A DNA stretch of 64,000 bases, from positions 1 through 64,000 of the IMG/VR virus record IMGVR_UViG_3300010234_000004. The stretch is one strand, 5' to 3'. Within the stretch, counting starts at the first letter, position 1. The number at the start of each line of letters is the position of its first letter. This DNA is from a virus. Of this stretch, positions 45,177 through 56,123 are shown piece by piece. Position numbers and translations under genes: made by a program. The notes under the pieces were generated by a model, which saw only the letters and a list, made by a program, of their open reading frames with translations, was not told the DNA's origin and made no database searches.

Positions 45177-47018
45177 ATGGCAAAGACAAATATCAATCCG
45201 TCGGATTTAGATTTTGATGGGATCAAAACTAAGCTGAAAACCTATCTCCAGTCTAAGGATGAGTTTGCGGATTACGATTTCGAGGGTTCGGCCTTATCGA
45301 ATGTATTGGATGTGCTTGCGTACAATAGTCATATCAATGCATTGACGGCAAACATGGCGATCAACGAATCCTTTTTGGAGACGGCACAGCTTCGAGGTTC
45401 GATTGTAACACATTCTCATTCGTTGGGATATTATCCTACGTCAATGACAGCGTCCAACGCCACCTTGAACATTGTGGCCGACCTGTCTGGATTTATTGGT
45501 GATCGACCATCGACCATCACTCTTCCAGAAGGCTTCAGGTTTACTACAACAGTTGAGGATGTTGCCTACACTTTTCGGACACAAAGTTCATACACAGCAG
45601 TTGATGATGGCGGCGGTTCTTATGTGTTTGTTGATGAAAATGGTAGTAGTGAAATCAAAGTTTATGAGGGCACTTATAAAACTAAAACCTTTCTTGTGCC
45701 GTCATCGTCTGATCTGAGGCACTACATCATTAATGATGTGGCTATTGATACCGAAACGCTTACCGTGCGCGTGTATGAGAATACGTCTACTACTGATTAC
45801 GCCACCTATAACAATATCGTTGATGCGGTTCGTATCACAGATGAATCGACATACTACATCATACAAGAGACACCAAATGGCAACTTTGAACTCCAGTTCA
45901 CTGATGGTGGTAATGTGGGAAGATCACCGGACCCTGGCAATAAAGTTGAGGCCGTTTACATTGCGACCAATGGACCAGCTTCAAATGGTGCTAATACGTT
46001 TGTGGCGTCGGATTCGCTTACGGTTGAGGGGCAGGATTTTTCCGTTAGTGTTACTACTCAAGCCGCTGCTGGGGGTGGTAGTGAGAAGGAAGGTATATCT
46101 TCAATCAAATTCCATGCACCAATCGCATATGCCAGCCAACGAAGAATGGTGACTGCCCAAGACTATCATATCCAGATTACAAGTAATTATTCGTTTATCG
46201 AGGACGTTGTTTCTTGGGGTGGCGAGGATAATATTCCAATTGACTATGGTAAGATTTACATATCAATCAAGTACCCTGAAGAAACTAGCGAAGATACTAA
46301 AACAGAAACGCAAGATAGCATCGTTCAGAATTTGATTGAACCGTTGGGGACCGTATCCATCTCGGCCAAATTCATTGAACCCATTTACACATACATTGGC
46401 GCTACTACGTCATTTGACTTCAACCCATCTCTGTCTGGTATCACGATCCAAGCCACTGGTGACAGAATTGCAGCCAAGGTCGCAGAGTATTTCGATAACA
46501 ATTTAGGTCAGTTCGAGGAGGAGTTTAGACGTTCTACACTCCTCGCAGAAATTGACGACATCAGTCCAGCGGTTCTATCTAGTAAAATCGACGTGAGTAT
46601 GAACCAGCGGTTGACGCCAATCCTAAATTTTGTCAAGACTTATGACATCATTTTCCCCGTGAAATTGGCGATTCCTGACGACGTTAATAGTGTTATCACT
46701 TCGACGGCGTTTCGCTACAAGGATAAGATTTGTACGATTCGTAACAAATTCCTGAGCCAGAACTTGGAAATCATTGATGGTAACTCTAATGTTGTTACAG
46801 ATTCGATTGGAACATATGATCCGTCTACAGGCGAAGTGAATATCGTGGACTTTTCCCCGCAATCGATTATCGGTGGCGCATCATTTATTAAAATTTCAGC
46901 AATTCCTGCCAAGCAGTCAACTATCAAACCTTTGAGGAATTATCTGTTGGTGCTGGATGATGATTTGAACGTTTCGACTGGAACGGTCGATTTCCAGAAA
47001 ACGAGAGTGTCGATTTAA
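45177..47018 (+). CDS. 6: Baseplate wedge gp6
   Basis: LDFD.IK, DYDFEGS, LAYN, NESFL.TAQLR, Q.RMVTA.DY and WGGE. Confidence 0.95.
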   Translation: MAKTNINPSDLDFDGIKTKLKTYLQSKDEFADYDFEGSALSNVLDVLAYNSHINALTANMAINESFLETAQLRGSIVTHSHSLGYYPTSMTASNATLNIVADLSGFIGDRPSTITLPEGFRFTTTVEDVAYTFRTQSSYTAVDDGGGSYVFVDENGSSEIKVYEGTYKTKTFLVPSSSDLRHYIINDVAIDTETLTVRVYENTSTTDYATYNNIVDAVRITDESTYYIIQETPNGNFELQFTDGGNVGRSPDPGNKVEAVYIATNGPASNGANTFVASDSLTVEGQDFSVSVTTQAAAGGGSEKEGISSIKFHAPIAYASQRRMVTAQDYHIQITSNYSFIEDVVSWGGEDNIPIDYGKIYISIKYPEETSEDTKTETQDSIVQNLIEPLGTVSISAKFIEPIYTYIGATTSFDFNPSLSGITIQATGDRIAAKVAEYFDNNLGQFEEEFRRSTLLAEIDDISPAVLSSKIDVSMNQRLTPILNFVKTYDIIFPVKLAIPDDVNSVITSTAFRYKDKICTIRNKFLSQNLEIIDGNSNVVTDSIGTYDPSTGEVNIVDFSPQSIIGGASFIKISAIPAKQSTIKPLRNYLLVLDDDLNVSTGTVDFQKTRVSI

Positions 47019-47019
47019 T

Positions 47020-47985
47020 ATGTCGATTCGTACCACCGTTGAGCATAATGCCAGAGAAGTATCATTGCGCTACCCCCGCGTGGCCAGTCTTCTTCCTGAT
47101 TATTTTCCGAAACACTATCCGAATCTGGTAAACTTCCTTGAATCATATTACGAGCAATCTGCCGCTAATGATACGTTAGATCATACCTTCAATCAAAAGC
47201 TGTTTGCGATTCGTGATCTAGACGAGATATCTTTGGACTACATTGATAGCCTATTCTATGAAATCGGAAACGGTGCATCATCTGACTATTTCCAAGACCC
47301 ACGGTTTGTGGGTAAATTGCTTCCGTTACTACTTCGATCAAAGGGTACGGAACTTGGTATACAACTCTTTTTCAGGACGTTTTTCGGATTCAGTCCGGAA
47401 ATACAGTATCCAAAACTTGACATGCTTGAAGTGTTTTCTGGCGATTCTGATGAAACGAATAAGGCTAGAATTGGTGTTGACGATGGTAAGGTTCTACAAA
47501 ATTCGGCCAAATACCAAAAGCTTTCAGTGTTGATCAGATCGGAGGCATCGTTCCTCGACTGGGAAAATCTGTATAGAAAGTTCGTTCACTCGGCTGGTTA
47601 TTTTCTATCCTCAGAAGTAGTAACGGAAGGGGTTGCAAATGCCAATCCGCTTGCTAGTGTTTATCTTAACGATTTGGACTCATCCGAATACGGTGTCTTG
47701 ACGTTCGGTGAATTGGTAGAGCCTGTTGGTGATCAATTATCACAGTCTGAAGTTTACATCATACTGGAGTCTGATAACACTGAATTCCATCTTTCAACAG
47801 TTGATACTCTCGATAAATATAGCACCGTGCCGATTTCGTATATGGATACCCATTATGATGGACCTTATGCGGCGGCTGATCTCAATAGTCCACGTGTCGA
47901 TCAGGATTCTGATGGAACCACCAAGATTATTGAAACCAGTACGACGCTCGAATTGGTCGATGCATCGCTTGTTGATTCGGCATAA
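47020..47985 (+). CDS. Short gp7-like baseplate wedge protein
   Basis: LP.YF...YP..V.FL..YY, KGT...FFR and VH.AG. Confidence 0.7.
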   Translation: MSIRTTVEHNAREVSLRYPRVASLLPDYFPKHYPNLVNFLESYYEQSAANDTLDHTFNQKLFAIRDLDEISLDYIDSLFYEIGNGASSDYFQDPRFVGKLLPLLLRSKGTELGIQLFFRTFFGFSPEIQYPKLDMLEVFSGDSDETNKARIGVDDGKVLQNSAKYQKLSVLIRSEASFLDWENLYRKFVHSAGYFLSSEVVTEGVANANPLASVYLNDLDSSEYGVLTFGELVEPVGDQLSQSEVYIILESDNTEFHLSTVDTLDKYSTVPISYMDTHYDGPYAAADLNSPRVDQDSDGTTKIIETSTTLELVDASLVDSA

Positions 47986-48009
47986 TTATGAAATCCACCC
48001 TCCCGAAGG

Positions 48010-48017
48010 TATAAATA
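48010..48017 (+). promoter_or_regulatory. T4 late promoter TATAAATA
   Basis: Exact consensus, intergenic. Confidence 0.75.
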
Positions 48018-48042
48018 GATATAAGAGATAACGAGGCATTAC

Positions 48043-48825
48043 ATGAGTAGACAAGATATTTTTACCGGCACAACGGCCAATGACGGGACGGGTGAACCGT
48101 TACGTGCTGCCCTTCAGAAGGTTAACCTCAACTTTGTTGAGTTATACCAGAGGCTTGGGATCGATTCTGACAACTTGGCCGCTATCGCCTTTGGTGACAG
48201 CGGGGATATAGTGTTCGAAGGTGGTTCGTTCAACACCACTCTGGAATTCGTGCAACCAACCGCGACCAGAACTGTTACTATTTCAGATGCTTCTGGAACG
48301 CTTGTTCTGGACACTGCCACACAGACACTCACTAATAAAATTCTAAATCTCCCTGACATTCACGATTCCGATAATAATGAGGTTATGAAGTTTGCGGGTG
48401 CCGCTTCAGCAGTCAACGCCATGACGCTCACGAACGCCGTAACAGGAAGTGCGCCGTCTCTTGCAACTACGGGAACCGATGCGAACATCAACTTGGATTT
48501 GAACGCTAAGGGGTCTGGTGCAGTTGTCGTGGAGAAGGCCTCATTCGGACGTATTCAAATCACGGCCAACGGCGCAGTAAGTGTCAACAAAACTCACATT
48601 CAATGTTTTAAGGCTACCGCACTGGCATTGACTATGGGTGACGGCACGGTTAACAGCGAAGTTAAATATTTCACCAATTCTGGAGCGGGAACTGCTACTG
48701 TCACACCCACCAACTTCGCACTTGGAACGAATTTCGCTATACCACAAAATCACGCATGTCAGGTTATGTGGGACTCAGACAACTGGTTTGTTGTCGGTGC
48801 CAGCTCTGGCGTAATAATTACATAA
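48043..48825 (+). CDS. gp9/gp10-like baseplate-fibre connector
   Basis: Q.I..G..ANDGTG..LR.A..K.N.NF.ELY. Confidence 0.75.
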   Translation: MSRQDIFTGTTANDGTGEPLRAALQKVNLNFVELYQRLGIDSDNLAAIAFGDSGDIVFEGGSFNTTLEFVQPTATRTVTISDASGTLVLDTATQTLTNKILNLPDIHDSDNNEVMKFAGAASAVNAMTLTNAVTGSAPSLATTGTDANINLDLNAKGSGAVVVEKASFGRIQITANGAVSVNKTHIQCFKATALALTMGDGTVNSEVKYFTNSGAGTATVTPTNFALGTNFAIPQNHACQVMWDSDNWFVVGASSGVIIT

Positions 48826-48834
48826 GGAAATAAC

Positions 48835-50151
48835 ATGACCGCTATCCTCACTGATAATCTGAAGCGTGAGTTACTAGACCGGCTTCTAGCCTCAACAGAT
48901 TCTGATAAATATTATATCGGTATCGGTCGTTCAGAACCATGGAACGATTCAGATATCGCTACTACTCCTGTCAATTGCCTATCAGACGTGAGAGGGTTCA
49001 GGACTTCTATGCAGGCCGTCAAAATTGCACAGGATGTTACATTTTGCGTACCAAGAACCAATTGGGCATCTGGTACGACTTATGCGGCATATGATGACAC
49101 AGTGTCGGGTCATACAACTCCATCATTTTTCGTATTCACCGATGAGAACAACGTTTACGCGTGTATAGAGCGCGGTAGAACCGCGTTAGGCGCAACGAAG
49201 GCCTCAACCATCAAGCCGACAGGACAGGCCACCTCGGCCTTCCAGACATCCGATGGGTACACTTGGAAATTCTTGTACACCATCACGACGGCGGTATCAA
49301 CTAAATTTCTTTCATCGAATTTTATACCGGTTGAGTGGGTTGATTCGGATGAGGCCGCTGCTAACGTTGGTTCGGCACTCCAAAGAGCTGTTCAGACCGC
49401 TGCTACAGTAGGAGAGATTCTTTCGATTCCCGTCACTGCTGGTGGTTCGGGATACACCTCTGCACCGACTGTTACTATCAAAGGGAACGGGATCGGTGCT
49501 ACGGCCACTGCTACGATTGCTTCTGGCGCAGTAGTAAAAATTGAGATGGCTACTAGAGGGTCTGCATACGGATTTGCTGATGTGGCTATCACAGGCGGCG
49601 GTGGTTCGGGTGCGACGGCACGTGTAGTAATTGGTAACGCTGGTGGTTTTGGTTCCAATCCAGTTGATGATTTGAAGGCAAAGGCTCTAATGTTCAATAT
49701 CAAGCCTGACGGTTTTGAAAATGAAGATTTTATCGTGGGTCAGGACTTCAGACAGATTGGCATCATCCAAAATCCCGAAGACTATGCTGGGACCGCATAT
49801 GTAGGATCAACTGGTAGTACACTCAAAAAGATTGTGCTTTCGTCTCCAGGCGAAGCTGGAACGTTCGCCCTTGATCAGACATTCACGGGCAATACCACTT
49901 CGAATCAGGCATTGGTGGACTATATCGACTCAGACACGATTTTTTATCATCAAAATACGACTACTGGGTTCGGTTCATTTGACAGTGATGCTACTATTAC
50001 TGCGCCGGGCGCGTCGGGCACGATCTCTCAACATATAGATAGTGCAGATGTTGATTTTATGTCGGGTAAGGTTTTGGTTGTCGACAACCGAAGCGCCATT
50101 ACGCGAGATGCGAATCAGACTGAAGATATCAAAGTAATTATCCAGATTTAA
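48835..50151 (+). CDS. 8: Baseplate wedge gp8
   Basis: PR.NW..G..Y..YD, DGY.WKFLYT, DFRQIG and I.R...QTEDIK. Confidence 0.85.
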   Translation: MTAILTDNLKRELLDRLLASTDSDKYYIGIGRSEPWNDSDIATTPVNCLSDVRGFRTSMQAVKIAQDVTFCVPRTNWASGTTYAAYDDTVSGHTTPSFFVFTDENNVYACIERGRTALGATKASTIKPTGQATSAFQTSDGYTWKFLYTITTAVSTKFLSSNFIPVEWVDSDEAAANVGSALQRAVQTAATVGEILSIPVTAGGSGYTSAPTVTIKGNGIGATATATIASGAVVKIEMATRGSAYGFADVAITGGGGSGATARVVIGNAGGFGSNPVDDLKAKALMFNIKPDGFENEDFIVGQDFRQIGIIQNPEDYAGTAYVGSTGSTLKKIVLSSPGEAGTFALDQTFTGNTTSNQALVDYIDSDTIFYHQNTTTGFGSFDSDATITAPGASGTISQHIDSADVDFMSGKVLVVDNRSAITRDANQTEDIKVIIQI

Positions 50152-50161
50152 GGCACTCAAG

Positions 50162-53100
50162 ATGACATCAAGCTACATACAAAATACATTCGAGAACGTC
50201 TATAAGGATGATTATTCAGACAGCGCGGGTTTTCATCGAATCTTGTTTAATGCTGGCCGACCTGTTCAGGGTCGTGAACTTATTCAAGCACAGACAATCA
50301 TCCAAAAAGAGATTAAGCGGTTTGGGGATAACATCTTCAAAGATGGGGGTGCTGTAAACCCCTCCCAAAACATTAAATGTAACACACGTCACCATTTCGT
50401 TAAGCTGTTGCCGTCAGATGATCCGACCACTGCAACACTTCTTACCACGTTCACTGGGGCAACATCTGGTGTGAGTGGTAAGCTGTTTGAATATAGAGAG
50501 ACTGAGCATGGTGATCCGCCAACGATCTTCGTACAATATACCGAAGGTGGTGGGGTTCTTGGAGTTAATAGTTTTACTGCTGGTGAAACAATCTCGAACG
50601 GCGCTGTCACATTTACAGTTCAGACAACCAATACTGAAGCTAATCCAGCGACTGGACGCTGTACCAAAATTTCAGTTGGTGATGGTGACTTCTACACACA
50701 AGGACATTTCACATATGGTGAAGCGCAGTCCCTGATTATCGACAAGTATTCACCATTCGGAACCGCCATTGTCGGTTTCAAGGTATCTGAATCTATCGTC
50801 TCTGCGACTGACGATATATCCCTCTATGATAACCAAGGCGATTTACCCAACCTGACCGCTCCGGGCGCTGATCGATATAAGATTAACTTAACACTGGTTA
50901 ACGATTCTGATGTTGCAGCCGAAGAAACATTCGTGTACATCGCCAACATTCAAAATGGTGAGGTGGTTCAGACCAACAATGGTCGTGATGACTATAACCG
51001 AATTCTTGACCTTATGGCGGAACGCACGCATGAAGAATCTGGTAACTATGCGGTTCGACCTTTCTTTATTACTTTTGAAGCTGACAGTGCAGACACACAC
51101 CTTCTGGTTAACACTCCTGCCAGCGTTGGGTATGTTGATGGATACCGCATTGAAACGCTGAATGAAAAGTTGCGGATTCCCAAACCTACATCCACAGAAC
51201 TGGTAAACAACGACGGTGTTTCTGCCGAATATGGAAATTACCTGTTGGTCAACACCGTTGTCGGTCTTCCCGACCTGACCTCATATGAGAAGATCAATCT
51301 GGTCGATAGTGATGTTTATGCATCCGGTAATGTTATCGGAACCAGCCGCGTGCGGAGTATCGTGGACGAAGGTTCTGGGACATTCAAATTCTACATGTTC
51401 GACACGAAAATGCATACTGGCAAAAACTTCCGTAGTGTGAAGGCTGTCGGTACTGGTGCCAGCAACAACGCTAAAATCACACTTGAAAGTAATGTCGCGG
51501 TTCTAAAAGATCGTAAAAATAGTAATCTACTTTTCTCCCTACCAAAAGAACGCCCGTCCTCCATTTCGGCGGCTGACTACACATATTCAGTTGTTCGACA
51601 TGCATCTAAGACGGTTTCTACGAACACGATCACATTGACGAAGGGTACAGGCGAAAGCTTCACGTCAACCGATGAGTGGATTTTCACTGACCAAGGCGCA
51701 AGTGGTGTACAAATCACCGCAACAAACATTAACACAACGACAGGCTTGGTTACGTTCACGTCGGCCACTGGACCAGTTGACGCGGTTTACAATATTCAAA
51801 AAGGTGGGGTTGGTGCACCTACTCCCTACAAAACGAAAACGCTAAACGAATCCACAGTCACTGCATCCGTAACAACAGATTCCGATGGAACATATGTTGA
51901 CTTAGGTAAGGTTGATATTTTCTCGGTGTCACGCGTGCGTGCAATCGACTCAGACGGTGCTGACCTTAGTTCGCGGTTCTATGTTGACAACGGACAAAGA
52001 GACAACTATTACGATCATGGTCGCATGGTGGTTGCCCCTGGGACAGCTACTCCAGCGGGTAACGTATTTGTTCGATTTAAGCATTTCGATCATTCTGGTG
52101 TTGGTGACTTCTTCTGCATCAATTCCTATGATACGGTTTCTGATATTACATACGCAACGGTCCCAAGCCATCGCCAAACGAACGGTGAGACTGTTCCGCT
52201 GCGTGATGTTCTGGACTTCCGTCCTACTATTGACGACACTGGAACAGAATTTACAGGCACGGGTGGTCTGGTATCTGAACTCCCCCAAAATACTGATCTG
52301 GTGACCATTGATACCACGTATTACCTGCCACGTAAAGATCGGCTTCTTCTGAACCGCAGAGCCAAACTGTCATATGTTACTGGCGAGCCAGACTTTGATC
52401 CTAAGCCACCAAGCACAAATGACGCAATGCTCTTGTATGAAGTTGACATGCGACCCAACACGCTTAACGAACAAGATTTGGGTGTAGAATATATCGACAA
52501 TCGCCGCTGGACAATGCGTGATATCAGCATTCTACACAAGAAAATTGAGGCGGTCGAAGAGACTGCGGTATTGAGCCTGTTGGATATTCAGGCGTCTACG
52601 CTTGAAGTTCTTGATAATGACGGCCTATCGCGTACTAAAGCCGGATTCCTGACTGACGATTTCAGAGACCATCGTGCAGCACGCGTGGATGATTTGGAAT
52701 ATCGTGCAGCGATTGATCCTACGCAAGGCATCATGAGGCCAGCATTTCGTGAAAAGAATGTCGGACTGCTGTTTGATTCTGCTGACGGTGCAACGACTTC
52801 TACGATTTTGAAATCCGATGCGGTTATGCTGGACTACACGGAAGAGTTGTTCATTAGTCAACCGCTTTGTTCAGGCACTGAAAACGTTAACCCGTATACA
52901 ATCATGTATTTTGAAGGCACATTGATTTTGTCACCGGCTTCCGACGAATCCCGTGACGTGGTAAACTTTAGCTTGCGCGGGGATCGCCGTAGTGAAATCG
53001 GTATTGAAACGTTCCTCCAGCGTGTGCTTGGTCAGCAAGATACCAATTCGGTATTCGAAAACCTTACACGTAACCAGCGGTCGCAGTTTATTCGTAACAG

Positions 53101-55435
53101 AATTTCAGTAGAAGAAGCGACCAATTTCACGTCTTCCGGCTCATTGGAAGAGGCTATCAACACGCTTCCCCCGCAACAGAACCAGATTTTGGCTCAGGTC
53201 TTCGATACAATTTCACCAACATGGCGTGAATACACGTGGGGTTGGGCTGGTATTGATAGAAGCGCCAATGGCTCGTCACAGGGTGTTGGACCCGGCGTCA
53301 CAGACGGTTCAACGTTCGGACGTTTCGCCACTAGATTGTTTACCCCGCGTATTCGCGCACGTGAGATTCGTATGCGTGCGGTCGGGTTGCTTCCAAATGC
53401 ACGTCATTGGCCTTTCTTTGACGACATTGATGTTAGCAATTATTGTGTCCAGAACCAGCGTATCGGTGTTGGCGACTTCCCGTCCATTAACTGGGAGTTT
53501 TCAAGACGTGAGAGCAACTGGCAGTGGTCTGGCTTTAACGGTCGCCTTTTCCAGCGTGCACGTAGTAACAACTGGCACCCGTTTTGGGGAACCACAGCAC
53601 CGACAGATGAGCAAAAGTCTCTCATATCAAGTAGTAACGGAACTATCAATGCTTCGTTCTTCATGCCAAACAATGAGGAGCTTTGGTTCTGGTCTGGCGT
53701 AAAGGTTATGAAGTTGGTGGATGTTTCCGATGGCAACATCGACAACGCAGTATCTCATTGCAATGGCATCTACTCAGCCGAAGGATCAATTGATGTTCGG
53801 TGGAGAATCATTCCGCCGCCACCACCACCTCCTCCTCCACCACCACCTTCAGGCGGCGGTTCGGGTGTAGCATCTGGCAACCGCCCCGATCCAACAGGTT
53901 ACGGTGATCCTATTGCTCAGTCGTTTATGGTCGAAAACTCCGCTGGCGTGTTCATAACAAAAGTATCTGGATACTTCAAAGCTAAGGATGATACAATTCC
54001 CGTGGCCGCATTCCTTGTGCCAATGATGAATGGTTATCCCATGGGACTTTCGCCCTATGCGGGAGCGTATAAGGTTCTTGCACCATCTGAGGTTAATATC
54101 TCCGATGATGCGACTGCTGTCACGCATTTTGAATTTGATCGTCCGGTGTATCTCCCACCGGGAGAACATGCATTGATTTTCAAATCTAATTCATTTGATT
54201 ACAGGGTCTATATTTCTCGCGTTGGAGAGTTTGTCTTGGGTACGACCCTGAAGAAGATTACTAAACAGCCTACCTTTGGGTCTCTGTTCAAGTCGCAGAA
54301 CTCATCTACATGGTCTGCGTCTCAGTGGGAAGACCTGAAAATGGATATCTATCGGGCCGAATTTGCGACGGACGGTGTTGCTATCTTCAAAAATGATGAT
54401 TTTACATCTAAGCTTCTTGTACCAAATCCATTCCTATTCGATAGTGGGGATGCAACGGTTCGGGTTATCCATCCAAACCATAACTTGATGGTCAACGATG
54501 TGCAATATTTCCACGGTGTGGATAGTGCACAATCGTATCCTATGAGCGTCAATTCTATTGTGGGTAATCGCACGATTACGGCAGTTGATGGAACGGGTTA
54601 TACCTTTGAGGCTGATTCGGCTGCGACTAGCGATGCCAGAACCGGTGGTGAAGGTGTGTGGACTTGTGACAACCTCATGATGGACTTGGTAGTGCCTTCC
54701 ATTGACGTAGTTAACCAAATCGGTACTACTACTGCACTGAAAGGTAAATTTACATCAGGTAAGTCATTAGCTGGTCTCGAAACACCATATGGTCTGGAAT
54801 CCACATTCAGTCATAATCTTGTACCATATGAGGAATACCAGTTTAACGCTCCACGCATGGTGGTCGGTGAAGAACTGGAAGGTGAGGTCGGATATCCTAC
54901 CAAATCGTCGTATGTTCAAGCCACATTACACACCGACAACACGTGGGTGTCTCCGGTGATTCACGCAGACAGATGTTCGTTGACTGGTATTCATAACCTG
55001 ATCGACAATCAAGATTCTGCTGCAACGGTTGGCTGGAATGTGCCGTTGAGTTACATCGATGAAACTGATCCATTCGGCGGCACACAGTTGGCCAAGTACG
55101 TCACTAAGCCAGTCACCTTAGAGGAAGACGCAGTAGGCTTGAAGATCATCTACGCGGCCAACAGACCGTCTGTAGCGGGCATCAAGGTGTACTACAAGAC
55201 GATTGACGATGACGGTGATATCAACACTGAGCCATGGACGTTGATTGATCTGGAAGCTCCTATACGAAGCGACGAAGACCCTACGAAATTCAGGGAGCAT
55301 CGTCACCTTGTTGGGGGGATTGCTGGATTGGATACACCATTCAATACGTTCCAAGTCAAAATTGTTATGACCTCAACCAACAGTTCTAAGGTTCCGGTAT
55401 TCAGGGATTTCAGAGCAATTGCATTGACCATCTAA
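50162..55435 (+). CDS. Large virion structural protein (VrlC/DUF4815-like)
   Basis: Y.DD..., LF..GR..Q.REL.Q.Q, APGADR, RT.EESG.Y, DP.AQSF and FKSQN..TW. Confidence 0.85.
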   Translation: MTSSYIQNTFENVYKDDYSDSAGFHRILFNAGRPVQGRELIQAQTIIQKEIKRFGDNIFKDGGAVNPSQNIKCNTRHHFVKLLPSDDPTTATLLTTFTGATSGVSGKLFEYRETEHGDPPTIFVQYTEGGGVLGVNSFTAGETISNGAVTFTVQTTNTEANPATGRCTKISVGDGDFYTQGHFTYGEAQSLIIDKYSPFGTAIVGFKVSESIVSATDDISLYDNQGDLPNLTAPGADRYKINLTLVNDSDVAAEETFVYIANIQNGEVVQTNNGRDDYNRILDLMAERTHEESGNYAVRPFFITFEADSADTHLLVNTPASVGYVDGYRIETLNEKLRIPKPTSTELVNNDGVSAEYGNYLLVNTVVGLPDLTSYEKINLVDSDVYASGNVIGTSRVRSIVDEGSGTFKFYMFDTKMHTGKNFRSVKAVGTGASNNAKITLESNVAVLKDRKNSNLLFSLPKERPSSISAADYTYSVVRHASKTVSTNTITLTKGTGESFTSTDEWIFTDQGASGVQITATNINTTTGLVTFTSATGPVDAVYNIQKGGVGAPTPYKTKTLNESTVTASVTTDSDGTYVDLGKVDIFSVSRVRAIDSDGADLSSRFYVDNGQRDNYYDHGRMVVAPGTATPAGNVFVRFKHFDHSGVGDFFCINSYDTVSDITYATVPSHRQTNGETVPLRDVLDFRPTIDDTGTEFTGTGGLVSELPQNTDLVTIDTTYYLPRKDRLLLNRRAKLSYVTGEPDFDPKPPSTNDAMLLYEVDMRPNTLNEQDLGVEYIDNRRWTMRDISILHKKIEAVEETAVLSLLDIQASTLEVLDNDGLSRTKAGFLTDDFRDHRAARVDDLEYRAAIDPTQGIMRPAFREKNVGLLFDSADGATTSTILKSDAVMLDYTEELFISQPLCSGTENVNPYTIMYFEGTLILSPASDESRDVVNFSLRGDRRSEIGIETFLQRVLGQQDTNSVFENLTRNQRSQFIRNRISVEEATNFTSSGSLEEAINTLPPQQNQILAQVFDTISPTWREYTWGWAGIDRSANGSSQGVGPGVTDGSTFGRFATRLFTPRIRAREIRMRAVGLLPNARHWPFFDDIDVSNYCVQNQRIGVGDFPSINWEFSRRESNWQWSGFNGRLFQRARSNNWHPFWGTTAPTDEQKSLISSSNGTINASFFMPNNEELWFWSGVKVMKLVDVSDGNIDNAVSHCNGIYSAEGSIDVRWRIIPPPPPPPPPPPPSGGGSGVASGNRPDPTGYGDPIAQSFMVENSAGVFITKVSGYFKAKDDTIPVAAFLVPMMNGYPMGLSPYAGAYKVLAPSEVNISDDATAVTHFEFDRPVYLPPGEHALIFKSNSFDYRVYISRVGEFVLGTTLKKITKQPTFGSLFKSQNSSTWSASQWEDLKMDIYRAEFATDGVAIFKNDDFTSKLLVPNPFLFDSGDATVRVIHPNHNLMVNDVQYFHGVDSAQSYPMSVNSIVGNRTITAVDGTGYTFEADSAATSDARTGGEGVWTCDNLMMDLVVPSIDVVNQIGTTTALKGKFTSGKSLAGLETPYGLESTFSHNLVPYEEYQFNAPRMVVGEELEGEVGYPTKSSYVQATLHTDNTWVSPVIHADRCSLTGIHNLIDNQDSAATVGWNVPLSYIDETDPFGGTQLAKYVTKPVTLEEDAVGLKIIYAANRPSVAGIKVYYKTIDDDGDINTEPWTLIDLEAPIRSDEDPTKFREHRHLVGGIAGLDTPFNTFQVKIVMTSTNSSKVPVFRDFRAIALTI

Positions 55436-55641
55436 TGGCCACTATGAAGATAAAAGAGCAGCCACATCTTGTAAAGGATGTGGCCTCTGGTGCAGTTATA
55501 AATACTAACAAGGACGAAATCCTTTCGGCCAAAAAGCGTAAGGCTGCACGCATGGCGGAAAAGGAACGTATAAATAACTTAGAGCATGAAGTGGAAGAGA
55601 TGCGTGAAATCATCAAAATGCTTATCAGGGAAACCAAATGA
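55435..55641 (+). CDS. Small conserved coiled-coil protein
   Basis: L.KD..SGAVIN motif; follows the VrlC-like gene. Confidence 0.75.
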   Translation: MATMKIKEQPHLVKDVASGAVINTNKDEILSAKKRKAARMAEKERINNLEHEVEEMREIIKMLIRETK

Positions 55642-56117
55642 CACAGATTACCAGTAATGATACATTCGCTGAGTGGATCACACAATATAACAGCCTAGAT
55701 TCTGATTTTAGAACGGGCGGATTGACTCGTACATCGATTAGTGTCGCGGACACTGGTGGATTGGGCGGATTGTCTTATAACTCCGTGACCGGCATCATCA
55801 CTTATACTGGAGCGTCAGATTCTGATGTGAGAAATCTATTCTCGGTCGGCTCTGGATTAACGTATGATAGTGCTACCGGACAGTTCGACGCGACGGTCGT
55901 GAATAACGCGTCGGAAACTGTCTTGGGTATTGCATCATTCGATTCTGACGCTTTCACTGTCACCGCTGGTCATGTTTCATTGGACGCTTTGACAATCACT
56001 ACTTCTCAGATTGCGACCGATGCAGTAACTGCCGCTAAGCTCTCTAATTTGACAACACTGGTCGTGTATAATTCGGCTGGGTCTGCGGTGAAAACACTAT
56101 ACGGAGCGGGAAGCTAA
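55638..56117 (+). CDS. Fibre/neck-like structural protein
   Basis: DTF.EW...N, YNS.TG repeats and GIASF. Confidence 0.65.
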   Translation: MTQITSNDTFAEWITQYNSLDSDFRTGGLTRTSISVADTGGLGGLSYNSVTGIITYTGASDSDVRNLFSVGSGLTYDSATGQFDATVVNNASETVLGIASFDSDAFTVTAGHVSLDALTITTSQIATDAVTAAKLSNLTTLVVYNSAGSAVKTLYGAGS

Positions 56118-56123
56118 TATATT

